Position numbers and translations under genes: made by a program
From: Octopus sinensis
Lineage: Eukaryota
Reading direction: 5' to 3'
Assembly: GCF_006345805.1 (NCBI RefSeq)
Contig: NC_042997.1
Span: 152,892,001 to 152,956,000, forward strand
Length of the DNA stretch: 64,000 nucleotides
The notes under the pieces: generated by a model
Told to the model about the DNA's origin: nothing
What the model saw: the letters and a program-made list of their open reading frames with translations, nothing else
Database searches by the model: none
Part shown: positions 51,858-64,000 of the stretch, piece after piece
Position numbering within the stretch: the first letter of the stretch is position 1
Layout: each line of letters opens with the position of its first letter

Positions 51858-53600
51858 TGTACATGTAACAAATTGTGTGGTAACAAACTTCGTTCCAAAA
51901 CACATGGTCCTGGCTTCAGTCCCACTGTGTGGTGACTTGGCATGAGTCTTCTGCTATAGCCGCAGACCAACCAAAGCCTTGTCAGTGGATTTTGTAGACA
52001 GAAACTGAAAGAAATCAATCGTATATATATGTATGTATATATGTGAGTCTGTGTGTGTGTCTTGTGTTTCTCCCTCATTACTGCCTCACAACTGGTGTTC
52101 GTTTATTTACATCCCCATAACTTACTGGTTTCACAAGAAGAAACTGATAGAATAAGTACCAGGCTTATTCTATATGTGTGTGTATATATATATACTACAC
52201 ACACACGCACGCACACACATATATATGTATGTATATGTGTACATTCATATTTATTATATCAAAGACAATGTCTTTATGTGTTCGTGTATTACGTATACAT
52301 TCGAAAATTGCTGCACCGATCATAATGAAATTTGGAACACAAAATCGAAGCCTAGGGAGAAGGGTAATGCTGTTTGTTTCATACAATTCCATGGACCAAA
52401 ATTACTGAATGGATCCTTATGATATTTGAAACTTAGATTATATGCATAAGGGCCACAACCCCCATGACAATTCATATATTTTTGCTGTTGATAAAATTTT
52501 AACCATAGATATTAGATACAAATGTAGTAATATTTATAAAATTTAATCTTCTTACAAGCTAGAAAGACCCCTTCATGGGCACTTAACACCCACAATTTTG
52601 TCATTTTATCTAAGCAAAGACGAATAGTTGTATTCTTGGAAGCTGTGGGGTCATCCGAGCATAGAAGATGAGTATTATTTGTAAGTCAATGGTACAACAG
52701 TGTAAGAGTTTGCTTTGACATACACTTAGATTGTGATTTCTGCACTGTGCTGCATAAATTGTCAAGTAAGTGTGAGGCATCTTTGCCTCCACTGATTCAG
52801 TTGCAAAGTGTTGAGTAAAGTTATTTGATTTCAGATCTCCTTTCAGTCTTTTTATTATCACTGGGTCACACATAGTCCCCACATGGTAACATTGATTTCA
52901 AGGCCTTCCCAGATGAGTGACTGCTTATTCAAAGACATTTATAGATTCTATATTTATTCTGTCCAGTTACGTATCAGTATAGTGGTCATCTGCAAACTCA
53001 AACTCCTTAGCCCTCACGTCACACAGTTGTTAATGTTTATATCAGTTGGGTCACCCCCTTCCAATTGCTATAGATTCGTAATGCATCTTACGGTTGTGTC
53101 TGTCACCTGCATGGTGAGGCATACTACTTTGGGAATGGTAACAGCTAGGGTATTGTGATCATTCGTCTTTTGGTTTCTCTTTTACAAACCCAGTGAACAT
53201 ATATTTCCTATTTCAAAGAAATTCAAACAATAGATATAAGACCCAAGTTAAAAAGATTCTCAACAATTCAACTTCTCTGGTTGACATTAAGATGCCCACC
53301 CCCAATAGGGGGGTTAACTCTCACATTTTAGAGCTCCATGATCTCCATTTCTCAGGAGCAAAATCCTTTTAACAGGTTCTATAAGACTGGAATTTTGGAA
53401 TATGTGCAAAAAATCCGTAGTATGGGATGAATGTGGCACGATTACAATTTTTTTTGGGTGTGTACAGAGGGAAATAACCATCATCTGCAATTTTTATGAA
53501 ATTCGAAACATAGGTATTCCAGTTAATTACAGAAAATATAACTGAAAAGTCTAATTCTTCAATTGCATGTAACACGGGCAATGCCGGGTAACTCTGCTTG
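51223..53600 (+). mobile_element. Helitron-like non-autonomous sequence(s); possibly two pieces with nested SINEs
   Basis: 5' A|TCTATATATATAAAAC followed by (GT)/(CTGT)n. ACCAATTTCATTCAAATTT and CCGATCATAATGAAATTTGG motifs. 3' hairpin CGGGCAATGCCGGG then CTTG|T (CTAG mutated) at 53597-53601. Confidence 0.45.
51855..52165 (+). mobile_element. SINE family B with an inverted duplicate of its head at 51657-51716
   Basis: Arms 51662-51701 and 51874-51913 match 38/40 and share non-consensus bases. Confidence 0.8.
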
Positions 53601-54554
53601 TATGAAAAAAAGCTGAAGCAAGTGAACACACAATATATAATGCGCGGAGTTTCATTGGCTAAATTGGCAACATGACCATCCCCAAAACCAACTATATATC
53701 TGTGTGTGTGTGTTTAAATATATATATTTGCGTGTATTTCATTATAAGAGAACATAAAAATACTTAATGCAATTCTATATGATATACGCATATAATAATA
53801 TTTTTAAATGACATAGAATGGCCGAGCAAATAAGATGGTAGCTTCGCAATCAAGAGTTCCTGGTTTTGGTCTTATTGTATGTCGTCTTTGGAACACTCTT
53901 TTCGCAATTATCTCAAGTTAGGTCAGCCCTTGTCGATGAAAGTGGGTGGGTAGGTAGAAACTATGCGGAGGACTGTTGGACCAATTGTCCATTTAAAAGT
54001 ACATGCTTGTCACATACTGTGTTTGAGAATCATGCTAAGGGTGCCAGACACTTGCTCATTCAACTGAATCATCCTCGTCAAAATCGACGAGTCCATTTAG
54101 TTTTCGGTTGATTTAATTCGCTTTAAATATTTTTACAACCAGCCTTATTTATCCGATTGTATTCTAGAGTAGGAACAGAAACACACTCTTGCACACACAG
54201 ATAATTACTCATATACAAAAAAACGGGCACACACTCTCACTCACACGGATACACACTCTCATACACATGGAACTCACACACATACACACATACACTGCCA
54301 ATGCTATCTCGTTTAGCCAGTTTTATTTGGTCCTGATTGTTGTTCAGTCGGGGTACAGTCGGTCAAATAAAGCTGGTTACACGAAACCTTTTCATATCAA
54401 TTTCTCATTCCGTTACTACATACACTAACATAACCCCCCCCCCGTTTAACGCAGACACACATAACACATATGTATAGACATACATACCTGAATGTTTATG
54501 TCTGTGGATGAGTGCGAATTTGGCAAAAAAGAGAATACAAATGGAAGATGCTTA

Positions 54555-54929
54555 TCTCTCTCTATATAAACGGCAGTTTGTCTGTGCGTGTTTCTGTGTG
54601 TCTGTTTGCTTGTACCCTCACCCTGACCACGGCTTTCAACCGATTCTGATGAAAGTTGACACACACATAGCCCAATGTCATATTTCAAAACTAACGCAGC
54701 GAAAATTTTGAAAAGTTCCCCCAGTTCTGAAAAAAATCGATAAATTCGACATGGGGTCGAGAATCAGAAACACGAACCACAAACTGTCTAGGGGACGCAA
54801 CTCCACCTTTTTTAAATCTCAAAAAAAAATTTACCATCATTTTTTTGCTATTTTTTGGCTATAACTCTCTAAAAATGCTTTATAGTTATTTCCCTTACAA
54901 ACCTGAGCAACGCCGGGCGATACTGCTAG
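54555..54929 (+). mobile_element. Non-autonomous Helitron (375 bp)
   Basis: A|TC...CTAG|T boundaries. Subterminal GC-rich GAGCAACGCCGGGCGA before CTAG. (CTGT/GT) microsatellite near the 5' end. No TSD. Confidence 0.8.
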
Positions 54930-55199
54930 TAGTCTATATTTCGACAATGGAAGGACGAAATGTAAAGTCTACCTCGGGGCGATTTCAAATAAGCATGTAA
55001 AAAATATATATCTAAATACATCACATGCCTTAAGTCCCCTATTTTCTGCCAATCATTCACCTTCTTGTGTGTATTATTGAAAATACATTTGTTGGTAACT
55101 GTATTTTATTCTAAAGAAAAAAAGATTTGAAATTTTCATTTTTAGCCACTTATTTTGTTTGGAGGAAGGCCGTGGCTTTCGTGATCCCTTTGTGTTACC

Positions 55200-55500
55200 G
55201 TGATTGAGGTTCTTCTTTAAACGCTGCAAATTGATGAATACAGGAAGGACATGGGTAAAGAGGGAATTTCAAACGACTGACGTTCAGTGAAAGAATGAAC
55301 TGGATCGGTTAAGTGCAAGACTTATTAGTGAACAGGACAAGAGTGAAGAGAAGAATCGAGTCATGTGAATTAGATGAGCTTGTGGGAAGAAGCCTGAGAA
55401 AATAGCCATTAACGAGGTACAAGTCCACTGCTGTAGCGGTAGAAAAGGCAGAGCTATCAGTGGAAGTTTTCTGAATGTGACCCAGGTTGTCCGTAATGTG
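55200..55500 (-). pseudogene. CR1/L2-group LINE 3' ORF remnant
   Basis: rc ...SSSFFH*TSVV*NSLFTHVLPVFINLQRLKKNLN matches the SFFPRT..LWNSLP..VFP...NL..FK terminal pattern. Confidence 0.65.
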
Positions 55501-56743
55501 GCATGGCAGAAAGGTAAGAGCGAGCACTGATACTGAAAATGTATTCTAATGCGGATCTCATTTGAACTTAGGATAGTCCAATTAACTGTTAGGTTTTGAA
55601 GCGTTTCTTGGCCTTCAGAGGAAGTTTAGTGATTCAATTATTGTTCTGTTGCGGAGCTGAGATCCCTAGAAGACATCATAAATGAATTCAGGGCCTACAA
55701 ACTGTAGCAGCAATTAAGGTTTTAATTGCATGGTGAATGAAATAATTCGAGTGACCTAAGTTATTGGCGTTTCTCTTACAGCGCAGAAATAAGAATATTC
55801 TATCGTGTGTGTCGCATCTATTAACACCACTTTACACTTCCTAACTGTTGCTATTAGCTTTCTTCCAACAACCAGGACAGATTTCGCTCTAGGAATTTGG
55901 TATTAATGTGATGACAAACTCACTTATATGGATCTTAAATTTTATGCTATATTGTGTTATTAATAATGCGTGATACGGTATGTGTGTACGTGTGTGTGTA
56001 TGTGTGTGTACGTGTTTTTGAAAATGGATACAAGCATGTCAAAGGATTAAATCATTTGCTTCACATTCAGGTGATTCATGGTTTGATGCAGTTGCCCAGC
56101 ACCTTGAGCAAGTGTTTCCTACCATAATTTCTAGTCATCCCGCTCTTTGTTAGCACATTAATTATAGTCATGTTAATCATTTTATCATGTATGAGATGTC
56201 AAAACCTTTTCAAGTAACATATGTATATCGTTCCTTTTGCAATATTTATATCTAAAATCCCTTGACTTCTGAGTGTAAAACTTGCATTGGGAAAATGCAT
56301 AGAGAAACATCGCTTGAGAGAGTTAACAACAATTTCCTGAAACTCTGCAATGATTGCAGTAAGCCGAATGAAAGCGATCATAAACATTCATTATAAAGAC
56401 TCTAGCCTGCAGTAAAACTAGTAAAAACATCACCCCCATTAAGATAAAGGCAGGAAGGAACGCGAACTTAGTTCAACGCAAGAACATCTCCTTTTTTCTA
56501 TTTATTTGTTATACGTTAATGGTAGCAAAAAGTCAAGAATAAGAAATATTGATATCCTGATAGAACAAAAATAGTTAACAGGTAAAGGGGAGAATAGTCG
56601 TGTATCTCAATTTTAAAAGATTATGGTCATCGAAAGGAAACATTTACACAGACATACATGCATACATACACACACACACATATATATATACATGCATACA
56701 TACACAGACACACACACACACATATATATATACATATACATAT

Positions 56744-57692
56744 TGTTACGGAGATGAATAAACGGGAAAACGTTAAGCCCTAGTTCCGTTGGCTGGAGTT
56801 GAACCGGCGGGAAAATTTTTAAAAATAATCTTTTGTCCTGTCAACGGCAAGGGAATTAATGAGTTTAGGAATTTTATCGCTGATCCCAACGGTCAGGGAA
56901 AGGTTATGAAAAAATAAAAATGCCACCCTTTAAAATGCGACGGACTGGTGCTAGCGGGGCAGACAGCGAAGGGCCGGAAAAGAGTTCGGTTGGGAAGAGA
57001 CAGCAGTCGATACGGACAGTCAGCCAGAAGATGGTGATGGCGAGAGGCAACGGCGAGGCGGACAGGCAGAGAATATGAGAATTGACAGGCGAGAGGTAGA
57101 AAAAGATTGACAGCGAAGGGGCAGTGATAGACACGCAAAGAAGCTGGACTACTATAGTGGGTTCAGAAACATTCGGTATTGTTGTTTATGTTTCGATTTG
57201 TGTTTTGGACTTTGATGTTGAATGTAAAGAAAGGCGACTCTGTGACGTACTCCGTTGAAAAGAAAAGGGGAAAAAAAAGAACTTGTAAATGTTTAAAGAA
57301 AATTAAGAAAAGAGAAAGACTATTTGTTTGATTCTGTATTGTCTTGCATGTCAACCAATTGATTGTTTTGAAAAGTCGGACGTTGTCATTTTGCTAAATG
57401 ACATTGATTGTTTTGATTGTTTTTAACTCTGTACTACGTTTGATTGATTTTGTAAAGTTATAAATTGTTAAATGTCTGTTAACCTTGTTTTTAAATGTAT
57501 TTGAAATGTTTTAATTGATTTTGTGAATTATATAAACTGTACATTGCCTCCGCTGTCTCTCTCCTTTGTTGTTGTCGTCTCTTGTTACTGGTTTGCGTTC
57601 GCTTCGCCCCCCCCCGCTTTCTGTGGAGGATTTCCGTTTGACTGAACGTAGTCGTCGTCGCCGACTTAGGGTCCTGAGTTGAGCGACGGTCG

Positions 57693-57694
<2 letters not shown>
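56744..57694. mobile_element. Probable solo LTR (951 bp)
   Basis: TGTTACGG...GTCGCA termini. CpG-rich relative to the flanks, no ORF, T-rich segment with a TATAAA-like motif. Flanks CATAT/AATAT (4/5) lie within microsatellite. Confidence 0.5.
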
Positions 57695-57785
<91 letters not shown>

Positions 57786-57878
57786 TTATACATATATATA
57801 TAATACATATATATATACACCACACACACACACATATATATATATATACACACATAATATATATAATATATATATTAC

Positions 57879-57923
<45 letters not shown>

Positions 57924-57997
57924 ACATATGTATATATATATTACATATATATATATACATATATATACATACATATATATATATATATAATATATAC

Positions 57998-58031
<34 letters not shown>

Positions 58032-58045
58032 ATATATACCTATAC

Positions 58046-58077
<32 letters not shown>

Positions 58078-58108
58078 ACGTATACATACATATATATATA
58101 TAAACATA

Positions 58109-59318
58109 CAGGGTTCGTAAGATATTTGAGGACAGATTTATGCTTACAACATCTCTTATTATTTAACAGACATATAGTAACAGATAATAACTTTATCAAA
58201 AATGCAATGAGCATAAAAATAAACCTTGTTTTCTATAATGTTATTCAATAAAGCCACTTCAGCTTCAACCGTCCGTTCAACAAGTGCTTCTATATGAGAC
58301 CTAAATCATCTACATGCTCGAACCAAGTGGTCCTGGTTCAAATTGGATATTACTCTGACAATGGTAGCTTTCAAAGAACCTTTGGTGTTCCGGGCGTGTT
58401 CTGTGACCTCTCTCTCAGCAACACTCCACATGTAATAGTCCAATGGATTGAGATCTGGCGAATTAGGAGGCCAAATGTTAGGGCTTATGTGATCATGAAA
58501 ATGATAATTATGTGATAATGCAGAATCTTACTGAAAGACATATGGCCTTCCATTGCATACGCAATTATTTCCAGGACCTCAATTTTGGCGGCAGAGTTAA
58601 CTCTAAGGCCTTGTGGAAAGAAGTAAGGAGGCATCACAAGTCCTTCATTGCTGGCAACCCCTAAATCCATGACACTTGCATGAAATTTTGCATGCATAAC
58701 AATTGGACCTTCAGAAGGGTCTGCACGTAATCATCTGTCATTTCTTCTGTTAACTTTTTGATCTTGGTCGAAGTTTTACTCGTTTGAGAAAAAACAAATC
58801 AAATCTTTTGCTAGATTTTTCACTTTGTTTTAAGAGCGTTTTAGATCTGATGTAGTGATTTTCTTTTGCCTTTTCTGAAAAATTGACCTTTCCTCATTAT
58901 ATATGACTTGTATCTGTTCTCTTCTTGGACAACATATCTGACTGTTCCTTCTGACACATGGAGATCTTTTGCAATTGACCTCATGGACTTTCTGGGATTG
59001 TAACCAATGATCTGTTGAACTTTCTGGATAAATTCAGGTGTTCTAATGATTTCAGAGCATGTAGAATGCTTTGGTGATGTGCTTCAGTCTCTAGCTCGTT
59101 ACAAACATTGTAGACGAAATGTCTGCCGAATTTTAAAAATCGAGATATTTCTAAGTTGCTATGCTCAGCCTTTATAACCACAATAACGGCATGCCTTTTC
59201 ATTTCTTGAGTAAGCTGAGGGTCTGCCATTATTATTTCCTAAAACAAAGATTATACAGTGTTAGTAAAAAATGCAGCAATGACCCCAAAATGGCATGTCC
59301 CCAAATACCTTACGCACC

Positions 59319-59321
<3 letters not shown>
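58109..59321 (-). mobile_element. Full-length decayed Tc1/mariner DNA transposon (DDD-type, maT/mariner-like)
   Basis: 26-bp TIRs CAGGGT(T/G)CGTAAG(A/G)TATTTG(A/G)GGACA (23/26) with TA TSD. Transposase pseudogene 59229->58241: HTH N-terminus, FSNE*NFDQDQKVNRRNDR, FQ*DSA, WPPNSPDLNPLDYYMWS, GFIE*. Confidence 0.93.
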
Positions 59322-59356
<35 letters not shown>

Positions 59357-59540
59357 GCAGTGAAGCTATACATTAGCGTCGTATTTATTACGTTCGCTAT
59401 TTTCCAGTAACTATCGATACTTCGTTGTATCATTTCTTTACTTTTATGTATAATTTACCCTCACGGGCTATTCTTTACTGGAAAACAATACTCTAGTATT
59501 GCATTACTATTTTCATATATATATATATACATACATACAT

Positions 59541-59591
<51 letters not shown>

Positions 59592-60246
59592 CGTTTACTT
59601 CGGTGGGTGTTATTGTAACAACTTTTTAGGACCCTATATCGTTCGGCCTCCTCAGATTCCTATCTTATTGTCTTGTTCTATAACGTTCTCGGAATGTCGA
59701 ACTGAAATCATTATTTAACTTGCAGTTTAAATTATCCCATTCTATTTAACACAACGGTGTTGTTCTCTTATTAGTTATTCTACCACTTGCGTTGTCGCTT
59801 ACTCAATCCGCTTGAATCACTGTATATGCATACATTATTTGCATACATCTATATAAACATGCTTATGAATATGCCAAATAAAGATGGAAAGGGATAGGGA
59901 AAGGGACGAGAGAGAGGCTACGATACAAATAGTATTAGAAACGGTAAACATACACATGCACTCATACATACACACACATAAACACACACACACACACACG
60001 CGCACGAATGCGCGCATACACACACATGCAATATATCTAATCCTTCAGATTAAACAGTAAAATCAGTCGACCTTATTTGACCCATGCATATTTGGTGGGC
60101 TAATACAGTCCTCATATTAATATTTATTCAATTCGGTTTATACACACTACATACGTACGTTTGTCTATATAATAAATATATATGAACACACACACGTGCG
60201 CGCGCGCAGACACACACACACACATATATATATATATACACATATA

Positions 60247-60649
60247 GGCATAGGCGTGGCTGTGTGGTATGAAGCATGCTTCCCAGCCACATGTTTCCGG
60301 GTTCAGTCTCACATATTGGCACTTTGGGCATGTATCTTCTACTATAGCCTTGTGCCCACTAAAGTCTTGTGAGTGGATTTATTTGACGGAAACTGAAAGA
60401 AGTCCGTCTACGTAATATATATATATATATATATATAAAATTTGTGTGTGTCTGTGTTTGTCCCCACCCTCCATTGCTAGACAACCGATGTTGATGTGTT
60501 TACGTCCACGTAATCTAGCGTTTCGGCAAAAGAAACTGATAGAATAAGTACTAGACTTACAAAGAATAAGTCCTGGGGTCGATTCGTTCGATTGAAAGCC
60601 TTGCTCCAGTACGGTCGCAGTCAAATGACTGAAACAAGTAAAAGAATAA

Positions 60650-60650
<1 letters not shown>
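60247..60650 (+). mobile_element. SINE family B, full length
   Basis: GCATAGGCGTGGCTGTGTGGTA...GGGTTCAGTCTC...TCCTGGGGTCGATTCGTTCGA...GAAACAAGTAAAAGAATAAA. Confidence 0.9.
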
Positions 60651-60722
<72 letters not shown>

Positions 60723-61730
60723 TATATACACATATATACATATACATATATACATGCATACATTCATGCAGCCATCTATACATCTATATATACACACACA
60801 CACACGCAAATACAAATATATATAAATACGATATACACACACATGTGCTTTAACATGATACCCGAAAATATTAAACCAGAAATATTTTGCTGACAGGCAA
60901 GCATGCTAACAATTGTATTGCATTATATTGCAGTGACGCAACATTTGTTTGCCTTCTAATTCATATAATAGTTTTGAGAGTACCTCGAACGAATCATTCC
61001 TAACGTTCTTTTCTTTAAATTTTATATCCCATTGTGCCGACCAACGTATTATGTTGCAAACATGCCTTTTCCAACAGCGCTAATTTCTGTATATTTATGT
61101 GTAAATATGATAGTTTCCACTGCGAATACCTACACTATACAGTATCATCATCTTATTGCTTAATCAGAGGAAGGAATTTGTCTCCTCGACCTTTGCAGGT
61201 CTCCAAGTTTACTGGAGCGAGAAAGGCAGAAATAAAGTATCACTCATAACTTGCTTCAGTAACAAATACCGCATGATGATATCGAATTACCATTAAAGCA
61301 GAGAACTTTCCCGAAGAACTTGCAAACCATTAACTTCGCTAAAATCACATAACAACCAGGTGCTAGTGGTGGACTTGATATTAAGCCTGGAGACGAATAA
61401 AGATACAAAAACAGTATCGTTGATATCCAGTGAGGAAACCTAAACGTTTATATACGCAAGTATATAATTTTATATTTCATAAAATTAATTCTAATTCAAA
61501 CCTGCACATTATGTAAAACATGTTTAACAAGGAAAAACGTTTTGCAATGACAACATTTTTTGCTATCGGAGCTTTACTTATTTTGACGTTGGTCAACTCC
61601 AAACTGCATCGCCTTTATATTTTTAATGACTTGTGTATCTTATACCCTTACAGCTACATAGATTGTAAAGACAGTTTATTGAAAATGTGTTTGTGTATGT
61701 GTGTACTTGAATGCACATATGTATATATGT

Positions 61731-61967
61731 ACTTGTTTCAGTCATTAGAGTGCGGCGATTTTGGAGTACTGCCTTGAAGAATTTTTAGTAGAATGAATCC
61801 ACCTCGGTATTTGTTTTCTCTGTTAAGATTGGCACTAATTCAATCGGTTAAGAATAGACTAAGCAGACCAGAAAGTGACACATGGGATAAAGAGTTACTA
61901 AAGAGGTCACAGGATGTGTGACGAAAGATTTCAGACAAAGGACACTAAAATAATAATAATAATAATA

Positions 61968-62007
<40 letters not shown>

Positions 62008-62080
62008 GCTGAACTGAAGAACGTGCGGGTGATTAACTGGAAAAACAAAACAAGTTACCAGCTCGAAATATAACAATATA

Positions 62081-62158
<78 letters not shown>

Positions 62159-62336
62159 TTATCTATCAACACACGACGGGCTCTTTCAGTTTACCTTTAC
62201 GAAATCCACTCATAAGGCGTTGGTTGGCCCGATGCTATGGTGAAAGACACCTGGCGGAGGTGCCACACTGTGAATCTGAACCGGGAACCATGTAGTTGGT
62301 AGGTACGTTTATTATCCCACAGCCAAACCTGCACCT
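61731..62336 (-). mobile_element. SINE family B pieces (3' part 61731-61850; head 62174-62336) separated by (TAA)n and (TCTA)n
   Basis: Family 3' end rc at 61731 and head rc ...CCCACAGCCAAACCTGCACC at 62336. Confidence 0.7.
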
Positions 62337-62539
62337 GCATATATGTATGCGTGTGTATAGGGCGTAATTGGTGTTTCCATATGTACATGCGCATACGTGC
62401 ATGTAAGTCTTTGTATATATATTTATATTTATATTTATTTATTTATCTATCTGTCATAGGCACAAAGACTTACATGCACGTATGCGCATGTACACATGGA
62501 AACACGAATTACGCCCTATACACACGCATACACACATGC
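62337..62539. repeat. Young fold-back: 78-bp arms (74/78), 47-bp AT-rich loop
   Basis: 62337-62414 against 62462-62539, compared base by base. Confidence 0.92.
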
Positions 62540-64000
62540 GAACACACATGCTACATATCCATATTGAGATACATGTCGCCGGACTTCTATGATTCGTTGT
62601 CACTAGTACCAAGGCCAGTCTCTTTATGAAGAAAAACTTCTTTATTAGATCTGGAAAGACAAATGTTAAATTCCATCACAATTTTATTTGAAATTATAAA
62701 ATTACCGTACTTCATGGTGTTCGGAATGTATATAAATTCTCTCCTTATTTTTTCGTCTTCACTGTGTCCTGTAAAGTAGCGTTGGTGCTTAATAAAAAAT
62801 CAAACGACCATTGGTAGAATTTAGGCAATATGAACCACAAAGAGTCGAAACAAGTATCATATATTTTCCTTACTCGCCTAACAGGTAAAATTTACATAAT
62901 ATGTTCGAAAATTATTATTTTTTTCGTTTGAAAATTTTCAATTATCTAAGATTTTACTAAAACATCTATTCCCCCACACTAAACAAATAAAGAAATAAAA
63001 GAAAGACAGAAACTCCAGGTGTGAATTTTAATTAATATCTGCGCATAAAATCTGTTGGCATCAAAGTTGTTCGTAATTGTTCTTTTGTTCGGTGTCTGAA
63101 AAAGCAAAGAAAATAATCTTGATGGCGCTTACAGTCCTATGTGATCACACCTTTAAATGAAAACATACTAAGTATCAGAAACTTTGGAAGATTTGAAAGA
63201 GAAGTGATATAGTCATGCCTATTCAGAGTCAAGGTTACCTGTATAGAATTCCAGTCCCGTCAGTACTGAGAATTCGTACAACCAATGGAATAAAAGGCAA
63301 AGAGCGAAAGGTAGCTGTGCGAAGGATGGTAGATGCAGCAGAAAGAGCCTCTTGCTAGTTATAGAACAAGACAGAGGAGTTATGTTGGAAGACACTGCCG
63401 ATACATCTACGGGAGGACGTTATGCTTCGCGCTCAAAACACCTAATGATCTTTGGATACCATTTGATGACATCACTTCCTTCTCGTCGAAGCTACATTCA
63501 TTAAAAGTGAATGTGGGAGAAGCATGTTTTAGATGTTATCAATATCATTTAAAATGTTCATGTACAATCGAACTTGGAAATATCTTAGCTACAGAAACAG
63601 ACTGGCCTTATGTTAATTATGGTTTCTTACTGTTCCTATAATCAGTTAATTACATCTTGACCAAATTTTGCCTATAACAACAAATTTACTATTTGTTGTT
63701 ATAATAAATATAAGAACAACAGTTCATAGTAGATAGATTCGATGAATAATAGTTGACGAAGCGTATCGACAGTGATGCACGTTTCCTAGGGTCCGATGAC
63801 ATCATTCCTCCTTTAGAGAAATGTGTTTTCACAATCAATGTCAGTAAAGAGAATTTCTCTACCGAAACTGTTCCCTCAGCGAATGTATTTCATGTTTCTG
63901 TATAGACTAACCTATTAAATATATATGCTCACGTTTTTAAGTAACATATTGGCGTGCATTTCTTCTGACAAACGGTAATGTGTATTGTTTTAAGAACGAT

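Noticed and set aside
63333-63641. 102-aa plus-strand ORF in a more GC-balanced patch
   Set aside because: No recognisable motif on either strand; probably an old repeat remnant, but not assignable by eye.

Overview
AT-rich, microsatellite-saturated eukaryotic DNA. It is very probably a cephalopod (Octopus-like) intergenic or large-intron region; this is inferred from the SINE families and repeat make-up, not from a database search. No host protein-coding gene can be called with confidence, and most ORFs in the supplied track are (TA)n/(CA)n artefacts. The window is a stack of mobile elements: a near full-length decayed Penelope-like element (PLE; RT + GIY-YIG) in a head-to-tail chain with two other PLE pieces (26.3-31.9 kb), CR1/L2-like and RTE LINE 3' fragments, a full-length decayed Tc1/mariner (58.1-59.3 kb), MITEs, Helitron-like elements, a probable solo LTR and about 20 tRNA-derived SINE copies. 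The main result is a set of 13 clear and 2 eroded minimal type-I hammerhead ribozyme (HHR) motifs from about six sequence families, nearly all with a palindromic (dimer-type) stem III. They occur as a 3x219-bp tandem array, a 366-bp terminally redundant retrozyme-like unit, and three independent fold-back elements with back-to-back HHRs on both strands. Three motifs carry a U3-A8 version of the C3-G8 core pair. Ribozyme activity is inferred from motif architecture only.
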